A stretch of DNA of 62,819 nt, the filler included. It is 9 parts of 9 records of this genome, joined end to end, with 100 filler letters (N's around TTAATTAATTAA, not from the genome) between each part and the next. Parts side by side here need not be neighbours in the genome. Positions count along the whole stretch, not along the records: positions 48,579 to 55,157 come from SRR31147125_19884; positions 55,258 to 62,819 come from SRR31147125_19891; 7 more parts are not named here. One strand, written 5' to 3'. The notes beneath the pieces were generated by a model that saw only the letters and a list, made by a program, of their open reading frames with translations, had not been told where the DNA came from and did no database searches. Every line of letters begins with the position of its first letter. Position 1 is the first letter of the stretch. The position numbers were made by a program, and so were the translations under genes. Shown in pieces: positions 50,942 to 60,991 of the stretch.

Positions 50942-51244
50942 CTATTCCCAATAATCAACAACCGCAACTTCTTTCTTTATTTCATTCAAAAAAGTGATCA
51001 GCTCCTGATGTTTTGGGTGTTTTTTATAATATTCTAAATCTTTTTCCGACTTAAAAACTGAATATAACACTAAATCGTATGCGGCCGGTGATTCACTGAA
51101 ATTTATACCGGTTTCGAAATCAACAATTCCTTCGATTTGAGATTTCAAAGCATCCAGCCTATTTTTTAATTCGTTAACAGCCACGCTTTTTTCATCAACA
51201 CTAAAACTGTCTTTAACCCTGAACATTACAATATGTTTAAGCAT
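50942..51244 (-). CDS. Dabb-family (stress-responsive A/B barrel) protein
   Basis: MLKHIVMF, Y..HPKH, AVVDY. Confidence 0.9.
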   Translation of the reverse strand: MLKHIVMFRVKDSFSVDEKSVAVNELKNRLDALKSQIEGIVDFETGINFSESPAAYDLVLYSVFKSEKDLEYYKKHPKHQELITFLNEIKKEVAVVDYWE

Positions 51245-51302
51245 AATTGCTATTTTTGATTTTCACCGATTGCAAATGTAGTTATTTAATTGTTCAAAAA
51301 AA

Positions 51303-51908
51303 TTGATTTTAATAGGAATAGCAGGAGGTTCAGGAAGTGGAAAAACCAGCATTGCCAAAGCCCTAAAAAAAGAATTGGGAAATAGCGTGGAATTAATTCC
51401 CCTTGACTGTTATTACAAAGACAATTCGCACCTCACACCTAATGAAAGAAAAAAGATAAATTTTGATGCCCCAACGGCTTTTGACTACGATTTACTTTAT
51501 CGCCATTTAACCTTGTTGAAAAATGGTAGATCCATCAGAATGCCAAGCTATTCTTACATTGAACGAACAAGAACTGCAGAAACAACCGAAATTATCCCTG
51601 CCAAAATTATTATCCTCGAAGGCATTTTACCATATGTGGATGACTGTGTAACAAGTTTAATAGATTTCAAATTTTATATTGAATTAAGTGCAACAGAACG
51701 GTTAAATAATATTATCAATAGAGATGTAAAAGAGCGTGGGCGGATAAAAGAGGAGGTAACTGAAAGGTTTTACAGAGAAGTAAACCCGATGCACAATAAA
51801 TACATTGCAAAACAAAGTAAATATGCAGATATCATAATTAAAGAAAATAATTTCACAGATATTTATTCAACTATAATTAATCACCTCAAAGCAAAATACC
51901 CATGTTAG
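51303..51908 (+). CDS. udk: Uridine kinase
   Basis: IGIAGGSGSGKT, DCYY, NFDAP, RDVKERGR. Confidence 0.88.
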   Translation: MILIGIAGGSGSGKTSIAKALKKELGNSVELIPLDCYYKDNSHLTPNERKKINFDAPTAFDYDLLYRHLTLLKNGRSIRMPSYSYIERTRTAETTEIIPAKIIILEGILPYVDDCVTSLIDFKFYIELSATERLNNIINRDVKERGRIKEEVTERFYREVNPMHNKYIAKQSKYADIIIKENNFTDIYSTIINHLKAKYPC

Positions 51909-52624
51909 AAGACATTAACCTTAACCATGTATTATTTTTAGATATTGAGACTGTTCCACAGTATTCGGAATTTGATAAACTCCCGGAAGACAGCCAAAAA
52001 CTATGGGCTAAAAAAGCAAAATTACTTACTAAAGATGAAGAATTTTCTCCAGCCGAAATTTATAACAAAGCAGGTATATATGCAGAATTTGGTAAGATAA
52101 TATGTATTTCTGTAGGTATAATTTATGAAGAAAACAACACACAAAAACTCAGGTTAAAATCGTTTTATAACGATGACGAAAAAAAATTGCTCATTGATTT
52201 CATGGAAATGGTCAATAAGTTCTCATCGGAGAATAAAATAAATCTTTGTGCCCATAACGGAAAAGAATTCGATTTTCCATATATCGCCAGAAGAATGCTT
52301 TTAAACAAGTTAACCCTACCTAAAATTTTGAATGTTGCCGGCAAAAAACCATGGGAAGTTCCTTTTCTTGACACGATGGAACTATGGCGTTTTGGAGACT
52401 ATAAAAGTTACACCTCGCTCGATTTACTTACCCATATTTTTGATATTGAAACACCCAAACAAGACATTGATGGCAGCATGGTGTACGAGGTGTATTGGAA
52501 AGATGGAGATCTGGAAAGGATTGTAGAGTATTGTCAAAAAGATGTTGTGGCTATTGCTCAATTAATGTTACGATATAAGGGAGAGGAATTAATTTTAACC
52601 GAAAATATTGAGAATGCTATTTAA
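51902..52624 (+). CDS. PolB-like 3'-5' exonuclease
   Basis: DIETVP, HNGKEFDFP, YCQKDV (DEDDy). Confidence 0.88.
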   Translation: MLEDINLNHVLFLDIETVPQYSEFDKLPEDSQKLWAKKAKLLTKDEEFSPAEIYNKAGIYAEFGKIICISVGIIYEENNTQKLRLKSFYNDDEKKLLIDFMEMVNKFSSENKINLCAHNGKEFDFPYIARRMLLNKLTLPKILNVAGKKPWEVPFLDTMELWRFGDYKSYTSLDLLTHIFDIETPKQDIDGSMVYEVYWKDGDLERIVEYCQKDVVAIAQLMLRYKGEELILTENIENAI

Positions 52625-52649
52625 TAAAATCAGATTAACTTTCAATTAG

Positions 52650-55157
52650 CTATAAAGCTGAGCCCATTTTCTCAAAAAGAAGTTTTGAATTTATTGGTTT
52701 ACTAATTACACTGTTACATCCAGATTCAATAATACTATCAATTTCTGATGACAGTGCATAAGCTGTTTGAGCAATAATCGGGATATCTTTATTAAATTTT
52801 CTTACTTCCCTGGTGGCAGCCATACCATCTAATTCCGGTAAGTTTATATCCATTAGCACCAAATCAAAATTATTATCTTTTATTTTTTCAACAGCCTCAA
52901 CTCCATTAATAGCACGTTTTAACGTGTTTGTGTAGGGTTTTAATATTCCTTCTAAATATTTGTACGATACGTCGTTATCCTCAACAATAAGAATATGTTT
53001 ATTTTGTATTCTTTGTTTATGTTCATCATTTTCTTGAATCTTTGCCGCAGCTTCTATTACCTGTTCTGAGACATCCAATGGGATAATGAAACAAATTCTA
53101 AATCCGATGGTGTATTCAGGATCTATCCAAATTTCACCACCTAATTTCTCAATAATACCTTTTGATATTGATAGTCCTAACCCATTACCGCCGTATTTCC
53201 TCGTGCTTCTTTCATCTGCTTGCCTGAAACGCTCAAAAATATCATCAATTTTATCAGATTCGATTCCAATACCGGTATCTTCAACATAAAAAAGAATATT
53301 GTTTTCGTTGGTGGTACAACCAAATTTCACTTGGCCTTTATCGGTAAACTTAAAACCATTTTTCAGGATATTCATTAGAACCTGTTTCAACCTGGCACTA
53401 TCTGATTTTATGGAATCAAAATTTGAGTCAATATTAAATTCCTTAACAAGTTTTATTTCTGATTTACCAATCGATGTTTTAAAATACTCAAAGAAGTCTA
53501 CCAATTCATCGCATAACTGAGTTAAACTAAACTCTGAATTCCAGATTTTTAATTGATCCGTTTCAATAAGCGACATATCAAGTATATCATCGATAATCCG
53601 GATGAGTTGTTCTCCGTTACCTTTGATAATTTCAACGAATTTTTCTCTATCATCAGGATTTATTCTTGGATTAATAAGCAACTCACTAAAACCGATAATG
53701 CCATTTAACGGTGTTCTTACTTCGTGAGACATGTTGCTAAGAAATATGGTCTTTAACTTATCTGAGAGTTCGGCCTTTTCTTTTGCTTTCTCAAGACTTT
53801 CCTCATATTTTTTAAGGCTGGTAATATCAGAATCAACGGCAATTACTTTGTTCCCTTTTGTATATGGAGAAAGTGTTGTTTGCATCCATTTTTTGTTGCC
53901 GTCTGCGAAATTAAGTTGCGCTTCAAAAGTTGCTGGTTCTTTATTGGTCAAACAATTTTGAAACATTTCTTTTACTTCTTTGTATGGTATTATTTCTTCA
54001 ATGGTCTCAGTTTTTTCTTGAATTAACTTGCTAACATTTGTTTCATAAAAGCGTTCAAATCCTTCGTTACACCATTCTATCCTGCCGCTTTTATCGTAAA
54101 TGGCAACACTGTTATCTGTCTCACTCGCAACAATGGATAATTTTTCCAGCTCAGAATTAATTATTTCCAGTTCTTTATTTTGGAGTTCGATATGTGAACG
54201 ACTTGCTTCTATGGCTGTTTTAGCTTCGTCTTGTTGAATGCGGAAGCGTTCTAGGATAGCCATGGTTAAGAAAACTGATTCAACCGTCAATCCTATGCGA
54301 ACAGAGTTTTCGAAAAAAAGAATTGAAGGCAAAATTCCAAACTCTTTTAATTGAAATAAAACAACTCCAAGTAAAGCAGAAATGAATCCTAATAAAAAAT
54401 ATACTGAAGGTGAATAATTTTTATCAAGGGTAACAATAGAAGTTATTATGATTGCCGTAAAAGCAAAAACTAAAACAATAGATGAGCCAACAATACTAAA
54501 AACCGATATTGGTATATTTAGAATTGGTATTTTGAAAAAATAAAACACTCCACAAATAATCGCAGTATACCTTAAATAATGAAAAACCTTTTTTAAATAA
54601 AACTTTTTGTTCCTCGTTTCTATAAATAATTCTGAGAATTTTAAAAGGAAGAATGCGAATAGCGAAATCACCATTGCCTTTGCACGATTTGTTACTTCAG
54701 GAATATCTAAATAAATATGGTATCCATCAATAACGAATTGCAACATGGTACCAAAAAGAATAAATAACGAATAGTATAAATTAAGTTTTTCTTTGAGGCT
54801 TTTAAACAAATAGAAATTAAACAAAACAATAAAAATTAAAACACCATATACAAGCCATTTTAATGTATTTTCCTTGCTATCTTCTATAGTTGAATAATTC
54901 CTTTCTTGCAATTTTAGTGGAATATAGCAGGCATCGCCGATATTATTAATTTTTAAATAAAAATGGTATGTTAAATTTGGATCTAGATTTATATTAAATA
55001 AAAAATTACGGTGAGAGATATCTCTTGCTATCAATTTCTTGACTTCTCCAGTTTCAATTGTCCTATCTATTCTACCATCTATTAGTTCATAAAATTCTAC
55101 AATATCAAGATCTGGATTAGAAATATTAAGAACATAGTCAAGAGGATATTTCAAAGA
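52650..55157 (-). CDS. Hybrid sensor histidine kinase: 7TM-DISM, PAS, HisKA, HATPase, REC (5' truncated)
   Basis: SHEVRTPLNG, NGFKFT, DTGIG, GNGLGL, LMDINLP. Confidence 0.92.
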   Translation of the reverse strand, partial: SLKYPLDYVLNISNPDLDIVEFYELIDGRIDRTIETGEVKKLIARDISHRNFLFNINLDPNLTYHFYLKINNIGDACYIPLKLQERNYSTIEDSKENTLKWLVYGVLIFIVLFNFYLFKSLKEKLNLYYSLFILFGTMLQFVIDGYHIYLDIPEVTNRAKAMVISLFAFFLLKFSELFIETRNKKFYLKKVFHYLRYTAIICGVFYFFKIPILNIPISVFSIVGSSIVLVFAFTAIIITSIVTLDKNYSPSVYFLLGFISALLGVVLFQLKEFGILPSILFFENSVRIGLTVESVFLTMAILERFRIQQDEAKTAIEASRSHIELQNKELEIINSELEKLSIVASETDNSVAIYDKSGRIEWCNEGFERFYETNVSKLIQEKTETIEEIIPYKEVKEMFQNCLTNKEPATFEAQLNFADGNKKWMQTTLSPYTKGNKVIAVDSDITSLKKYEESLEKAKEKAELSDKLKTIFLSNMSHEVRTPLNGIIGFSELLINPRINPDDREKFVEIIKGNGEQLIRIIDDILDMSLIETDQLKIWNSEFSLTQLCDELVDFFEYFKTSIGKSEIKLVKEFNIDSNFDSIKSDSARLKQVLMNILKNGFKFTDKGQVKFGCTTNENNILFYVEDTGIGIESDKIDDIFERFRQADERSTRKYGGNGLGLSISKGIIEKLGGEIWIDPEYTIGFRICFIIPLDVSEQVIEAAAKIQENDEHKQRIQNKHILIVEDNDVSYKYLEGILKPYTNTLKRAINGVEAVEKIKDNNFDLVLMDINLPELDGMAATREVRKFNKDIPIIAQTAYALSSEIDSIIESGCNSVISKPINSKLLFEKMGSAL

Positions 55158-55257
55158 NNNNNNNNNNNNNNNNNNNNNNNNNNNNNNNNNNNNNNNNNNN
55201 NTTAATTAATTAANNNNNNNNNNNNNNNNNNNNNNNNNNNNNNNNNNNNNNNNNNNN
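55158..55257. other. Artificial contig linker
   Basis: N-run, TTAATTAATTAA, N-run. Confidence 0.99.
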
Positions 55258-55965
55258 TGGCAGGTAATGAAATGCGGCAAAGATAAATGCCTGGGTCAGC
55301 ATAACAGAAATATATAGAGTTGTATTTTTTACCTTGAAAATACTGGGGATAATAATGAATAACAGATACATGATTATCATACGGAAGAGAAACTCTTCGT
55401 AGATCCCTGCCCCCATTGATAGCACAATCCCGCTCAGCCAGTCCCCAAAATCATTGAAGGTGATATTCATCAATACGATTTTATTTATCACCCACGCCAG
55501 AAAGAAAGGAGGAAAGGCAAAGAGCAGGCTTTCCAGATACATATATGCAAGATTAATTTTTCTAATTTTCCAGTGACTGTTGCTCATATGATGTTGGAAT
55601 AGCAGTACCACAATCACAAAAATCATACTGAATGAAGAACCGGCTATTTTCAAAATCCAGAGAGCTGTACTGTCCGCGATATCGCTTGATGGAAAAATTT
55701 GAGAGTAGAGCCAGACACCACCGTAATAGGTAATATTGAGAAGTTTGGCAAGCATAATATCTGCGCCATTAGCGACTGGTCTCTCAAGAGTATGAAAAAA
55801 CCAGATGCCAACATGATATAATATTAAGAATGGCAGAATAAAGTATAGTGCCATAAGTGGAGTTTTACTCCCTTCAAGGTAAGCTACGAAGGGTGAACTG
55901 GGCGGCACAGAGAATGACTCATGTATATCATGAGTCTCTGTTCTGCGTTTTCTAAATTTAAACAT
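55258..55965 (-). CDS. CPBP/Abi (CAAX) intramembrane metalloprotease (3' truncated)
   Basis: AGIYEEFLFR and FAAFH motifs, TM helices. Confidence 0.85.
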
Positions 55966-55987
55966 TATCTTTGATCATTTCTAAATG

Positions 55988-56248
55988 TCAGTCAGCTAAA
56001 ATTCTAATTATGTGATTAATATCATCTTCAGAAACATCTTTTGTATGAAGATAATCCCGAAGTTCTGTTATTGAGATCATTCCTTGTACATATTTTCGTA
56101 ATACAGACATTTCCTCCTTGATGGTATTCACTTTCGGGAAAGCAGCAAGAATATCAGCATGGTCGAATTCTGTCAGTGAAATTTTCTGCTGTTGTTCTTT
56201 CATAAAGAGAATTTTACCTTCATATTGTAAGTTGAAATCTGTGTGCAT
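55988..56248 (-). CDS. Small hypothetical protein (start uncertain)
   Basis: Helical ORF co-oriented with the CPBP gene. Confidence 0.45.
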   Translation of the reverse strand: MHTDFNLQYEGKILFMKEQQQKISLTEFDHADILAAFPKVNTIKEEMSVLRKYVQGMISITELRDYLHTKDVSEDDINHIIRILAD

Positions 56249-56464
56249 AATTTTATTGAGATAGATGCTTGAGAGCAAGAAAATTGTATTTTGAATTGCG
56301 TATACTTAAAAAAATTTAAAAAAAACGTATTAATTAAATAAAAAGACTGTACTCAATTTATGCATAAGGACGATACAGAAGTATTAAATGATATTAAGTC
56401 TTAATAAATACAGCAGCTCACACGCTCTGTATTATTACGGGGAAAAGTTTTTAAGGAGAACACA

Positions 56465-56866
56465 GTGCCCAATAATAGTATTGTCCCACGCGGTACCAAA
56501 ATCAGAAAAATTAATCTGTCACGTAAAACAGCGCCATGCTCAAGATGTGGAACTGTCAGCAAACGTCACTCGATCGGGCATAGACGACTGAGAGAGGTAG
56601 GTATCAGTGCTCCGACAATTCTTGAAGTGACTTATTCAAAGCATTATTGCGTAAAATGCAGAAAGCACTTCTCACTACCTATGGATCATCTTGCCCAGCC
56701 TTCTGGCAGGTTTACTAACAGAGTACGCCGTACAGCAGTTGACTTGGTCGTAAAACAGGAGATGACACTGGAAAAGGCAACTCAGAGAATGCGTCAGAAA
56801 TACCATGTGCATGTACCGCCTACAACTCTCCATGACTGGGTTGTTGCTGAAATGAAGATAGACTAG
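56465..56866 (+). CDS. Zn-ribbon plus HTH protein resembling the N-terminal module of DDE transposases, with no catalytic domain
   Basis: CSRC...HYCVKC, RFTNRVRRTAVDLVV...VPPTTLHDWV; RBS AAGGAG; own terminator. Confidence 0.7.
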   Translation: MPNNSIVPRGTKIRKINLSRKTAPCSRCGTVSKRHSIGHRRLREVGISAPTILEVTYSKHYCVKCRKHFSLPMDHLAQPSGRFTNRVRRTAVDLVVKQEMTLEKATQRMRQKYHVHVPPTTLHDWVVAEMKID

Positions 56867-56938
56867 TCTTTGTGCATAATTATGTTCTGATATTTCAGTG
56901 AGATATTTACATTGCTCTGTGATCTGAATAGTATTTAG

Positions 56939-56969
56939 AGGTTGCCTTCTTGAGGGCAGCCTTTATTTA
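56939..56969 (+). terminator. Terminator
   Basis: AGGTTGCCTTC-TT-GAGGGCAGCCT followed by TTATTTA. Confidence 0.55.
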
Positions 56970-57821
56970 TTGATTTTAAGAAGGAAATATAAATTGTCTG
57001 ATAGTTACAGGTTTATTGATTGTGGTGCTGGCAGAAGGCTTGAATCTTTCGGTGGAGTTATCTGTGACAGGGTTGCTCCAGTCGCTTCATGGAAGAAGCA
57101 ATGCTCTGATAGTATCTGGAGAGGTGCTGCTGTAAAGTTTGACCGTGAGACAAAGTGGCAGGGTGAAGAGCCGGAGAACTGGGTTGTAGAGTTTGGTGGC
57201 ATTAAGTTTGTACTTGAGCAGGCGAGTAACGGGCAGATAGGGGTATTTCCTGAACAGGAGTATAACTGGAGCTGGCTTAGTGAGAAAATTTCTACAGCTG
57301 CTAAGACTCTTAATGTTCTCAATTGTTTTGCCCACACAGGTGGCTCGACACTTGCGGCAGCAAAAGCTGGGGCAGATGTTACTCATGTTGATGCGGCTAA
57401 GAGTGTGAATACGCGAGCTAAAGAGAATGCAGTACTCTCCGGCCTTGAGAATGCACGTATAAGATGGATAACCGAGGATGCACTCAAATTCATGAAGCGT
57501 GAGCATAAGCGTGAGAATCTTTACGACGGGATAATATTAGATCCTCCTGCTTTTGGTAGAATGGGCAAGAAGATCTGGAAATTCGAGAAAGATATGCCGG
57601 CTTTACTCGATGTGGCAGCAGAATTATTCACAGTAAAACCTTCATTCTTTCTCCTGACAGTGCATCATACAGGTTGGGGAATTGCTGAGCTACAGGCCTT
57701 TATTAAGAGGAATAAACCAGAATTACTCAAAGGAAAGATAACCAGTAGTGAGATGGAGGTACGAGGAAAAGGCAATTCTTTGCCTTTAGGAATATGCTTG
57801 AAAGTGGAGTATGATGTATAG
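56970..57821 (+). CDS. Class I SAM-dependent methyltransferase (RlmI/RlmK-like)
   Basis: GVFPEQ, LNCFAHTGG, ILDPPAFG. Confidence 0.85.
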   Translation: MILRRKYKLSDSYRFIDCGAGRRLESFGGVICDRVAPVASWKKQCSDSIWRGAAVKFDRETKWQGEEPENWVVEFGGIKFVLEQASNGQIGVFPEQEYNWSWLSEKISTAAKTLNVLNCFAHTGGSTLAAAKAGADVTHVDAAKSVNTRAKENAVLSGLENARIRWITEDALKFMKREHKRENLYDGIILDPPAFGRMGKKIWKFEKDMPALLDVAAELFTVKPSFFLLTVHHTGWGIAELQAFIKRNKPELLKGKITSSEMEVRGKGNSLPLGICLKVEYDV

Positions 57822-57850
57822 ATTCATATAGAATATATTTGTATATTTCT

Positions 57851-57881
57851 ACTGCTTTTCCGGTCAGGAAAAGCAGTTTTT
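57851..57881 (+). terminator. Terminator
   Basis: ACTGCTTTTCC-GGTCA-GGAAAAGCAGT followed by TTTT. Confidence 0.75.
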
Positions 57882-57967
57882 ATTTATCGATTAGCCCCAG
57901 TAAGCTTCTTGACTTTTATACTAATATCTTTCTAATAGTATAAAGTATTTCATTAAAGGAGAAATAA

Positions 57968-59200
57968 ATGAAAAGACGTATATTAAATATAGCTCTATTG
58001 TTAGTAGTATTGCAAGTACTTGGTCTGACTAAGTTATCAGCCAACGAGGAGAGGCTTGTTGTTGGTGACACAGCAATAGATTTTCCAGAGAATCGTACAT
58101 GGTATGCTGGCAGTCCGGTAAGTCTGGATGAGAACAAAGGGAAAAAGGTTACTCTGATTTATTTTATGAAACCCGGATGTGGTAGTTGTGATAAATTAGC
58201 ACCACACTTATATCGCCTGATCCTGAAGAACAAAGATAATCTCTCTGTTATCGGGGTTACTGAGTATCCAGATAGTAAAATTGTAGAATATCTTGCCAAA
58301 CGCCTCGGTGATTATCCAATAATGCAGGATCCTGAGCGTAAGTTTATGGACAAGTATATTGGTAAGATCAATAAGTATCCATATATGGCTATTATTGATA
58401 GAGAAGGTAAGCTAGCGTGGTTTGGACGAGGTAAGTTTCACGCCCAGATAACAGCAGAGCTCGATAAAGTACTGCAGGAGAAAGAGCCTGTGGCAGAGAA
58501 AGCATTTGTGCCTGAGAAATTGAGTGCTCTGGTTGTTGGGGTAGATAAGTCTGATCTTGTTCCTGCAGTTTTGGCTACCTCTGAGAATAATGCAAAACTT
58601 GTTGGTACTACGCTTGAAGAGGCTGGTTATAAAGATTTAAAAGTACTCACTGGTGCTGATGCCACAGCCATTGCATTTAATGACAGCGTGAGAGAATTTG
58701 CCGGTGCTGCTACAGAAAAGGATGCGGCATTATTATACTTTTCAGGTGAGGCTATGCCTGAGCAGACAATAGATGGCATAGACTTGAAGCTTTATCTCAA
58801 GGATGCAACAGTCTCTTTGAAGAAGGTAATCAGTGATTACAAAGCAGTGAGTCAGTGCAAGAATATTCTTGTGGTAATAGATGCCAATAATGAGAACAGT
58901 CATTTTGATGTATGGGAGAATATTGCTCCGGACATGGAGAAGACTTCTGCAGGCGCAACGGTTATGCTTGCTGCTGCACGCTGGGATCGTTCGCTTATAG
59001 GTACTAATCCTGATACAACAGTATTCACCGAAGAGTTTGCCCGTATGATTCAACAGTGCAAAGAGGGGAATAATGAACTTACTCCGCTAATTCTCTGGAG
59101 CGGACTGCGAGATTCTATGAGTGCTATCAGTCGTGAAACAGGGGTTTTGCAATCACCATTTATTATCAATGAAAAAGCGTTCAACCTTATTGCTGAGTAA
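57968..59200 (+). CDS. Secreted thioredoxin/TlpA domain plus inactive caspase-like (peptidase C14) domain
   Basis: Signal peptide; CGSC; ALVVGVD, LLYFSGEA, VVIDAN, VFTEE, QSP. Confidence 0.75.
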   Translation: MKRRILNIALLLVVLQVLGLTKLSANEERLVVGDTAIDFPENRTWYAGSPVSLDENKGKKVTLIYFMKPGCGSCDKLAPHLYRLILKNKDNLSVIGVTEYPDSKIVEYLAKRLGDYPIMQDPERKFMDKYIGKINKYPYMAIIDREGKLAWFGRGKFHAQITAELDKVLQEKEPVAEKAFVPEKLSALVVGVDKSDLVPAVLATSENNAKLVGTTLEEAGYKDLKVLTGADATAIAFNDSVREFAGAATEKDAALLYFSGEAMPEQTIDGIDLKLYLKDATVSLKKVISDYKAVSQCKNILVVIDANNENSHFDVWENIAPDMEKTSAGATVMLAAARWDRSLIGTNPDTTVFTEEFARMIQQCKEGNNELTPLILWSGLRDSMSAISRETGVLQSPFIINEKAFNLIAE

Positions 59201-59261
59201 GTCAGTATCGCTATTGTATAATTATTAAAAAATTACCAAAATTTTTTAGATGTAATGTAAT

Positions 59262-60050
59262 TTAATCTTCGCCGAGATCATCTTCGAGATAGGTTTCGGC
59301 TTTTTCTTGGCTCTCAGTGAGTTTGATTCGCTTATAAGCAATATTGGAAAGATAATAACCGAGGAAGTACAGGAGCAGCATTGAGCAGCCGAGTGCCAGC
59401 ATGGTAAAAGGGTCTGGAGGAGTAAATAGCGCACTGAGCAGGGCAATAACAACCGCACTGTGTCGCCAGTACTTTTTAATATGTATCGGTTTTATCAAGC
59501 GTGCCAGTGTGAGGCTCAGCATTATCAGCGGCGTTTCAAAACAGATCCCAAAGCCGAAGCATGCCATAGAGAGCAGGCTGAAATAATTATCAACCCGCCA
59601 CTCTGTCACTGTTCCGCTTAGAGTCTTATCAAAAGAGATCAGAAATTTGAGACCTGTAGGTACTGCAATAAAATATGCCACCAGCACCCCAGATAGAAAT
59701 AAGAATGTCCCAGCCAGAAGAATCAGGCTCAATGCTTTTTTCTTTTTTATGAAGTGCGGGGGAGATAAACTTCCAGCATTCAAAGAAGATCAATGGCAGG
59801 AAGACACCGATAGATACCTTGAGGCATAGTCCGGCTATGACGCTCAGCCCTTCAACCGGTGCGATCAACTGGAGGGAAAGGCAACAGCCGGATCAACATT
59901 CATCTCTGCAGCTGCTCTTAGTCTCGGGAGCATCGCTATGTCCCAGAGATTACGGTAGAATACAGCCGAAACGATAAATCCTGTAATCAGGTACAGAAAT
60001 ATTCTTATCAGATGGTTGCGTAAATCTTCTATGTGGTCTGCAAGTTTCAT
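59262..60050 (-). CDS. tatC: Twin-arginine translocase TatC (two frameshifts, near 59875 and 59740)
   Basis: LADHIEDLR, WKFISPAL, FETPL, TPPDPFT spread over three ORFs. Confidence 0.88.
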
Positions 60051-60867
60051 GGTATATCATTTTGCTGTATGGTCTCGTTGAGACTGCCGAACGGTATCCC
60101 TGCAGATCGAGAGATATATAGTTGATTGAGATAGTTTTTAAGTATTCTACTATAGCTTCCCTATTCTCAAATGCTTTTGTCAAGTTCTCAGGATACACCT
60201 CAATACGGGCAAGATTCTTATGCATCCTCACTCTCGCTTCAGGAAGATTGAGGCTATGAAGGTATTCTTCAGCAGTATTGATTCTTTGGAGCACTTCTGC
60301 GGTTATCTCGTCACCGTAGGGTATTCTCGATGCCAAGCAGGCGCAGGACGGGCGTATCCATTCCTGCAGCTCGAAGTGATTCATCAGCTCGTTAATATCG
60401 TTTTTGGTAATCTTGAAGTCAATAAAGGGAGAGATAATCTCCAACTCCTTGAGTGCCTGCAGACCTGGTCTGTGATCACCAAGGTCATCTATACATGAAC
60501 CATCAAAGATTCTGCTGATACTATGCTCTTGAGCAAAGTTTTTCAACAAGCCGAAACCTTTTGCCTTACAGTAGTAGCAGCGTTGTGAAGAGTTCTGAAC
60601 TATCTCACTCTCTTCTAAGGGAGTAAATTCTATTACCTGATGCCTTATAGAGAACTGCTCGGTAAACTCTTGCGTGTTCCGGTATTCCCATGTCGGGAAA
60701 AATTTTGAATTCAGAGTCAGAGCAGTAAGATTGTCATTATTCTTCAGACTGACTAAGTAAAGTAACAGGCTACTGTCAGTGCCACCTGAGAAGAGAACCC
60801 CTGTTGTTTCTGTCTGATCTAAATAGTTTTGGAGTTGCGTTAGTTTATCTGCTAATTTGTTTTTCAT
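60047..60867 (-). CDS. larE: LarE-like PP-loop sulfur transferase (1-nt deletion near 60087)
   Basis: FSGGTDS, RCYYCK, D.RPG, CLASRIPYG; GYRSGSLN is restored by adding one G. Confidence 0.8.
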
Positions 60868-60991
60868 ATATTATAAGGATGTAACTCTTTCTGTAATTGT
60901 CGGTCTCAGGTAAATCAATCAGCGAGAAGCTTCTCTTTGCTGGGAAGTAATATTATTGAATTATAATGAAACCGCACTCTGGTTTCCAATA

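Noticed and set aside
6383-55257. Recurring TTAATTAATTAA within N-runs as a biological repeat, and cross-contig gene neighbourhoods
   Set aside because: There are eight identical 100-nt linkers with stops in all frames. Composition and apparent taxonomy change at each, so adjacency across them is meaningless.
55258-55965. Abi gene as phage defence
   Set aside because: The CPBP/CAAX protease family carries the Abi name historically, and there is no defence context here.
56242-56881. Intact IS with an 11-bp target-site duplication
   Set aside because: There is no catalytic transposase domain and no terminal inverted repeats inside the direct repeats. It is kept only as a possible domesticated module.
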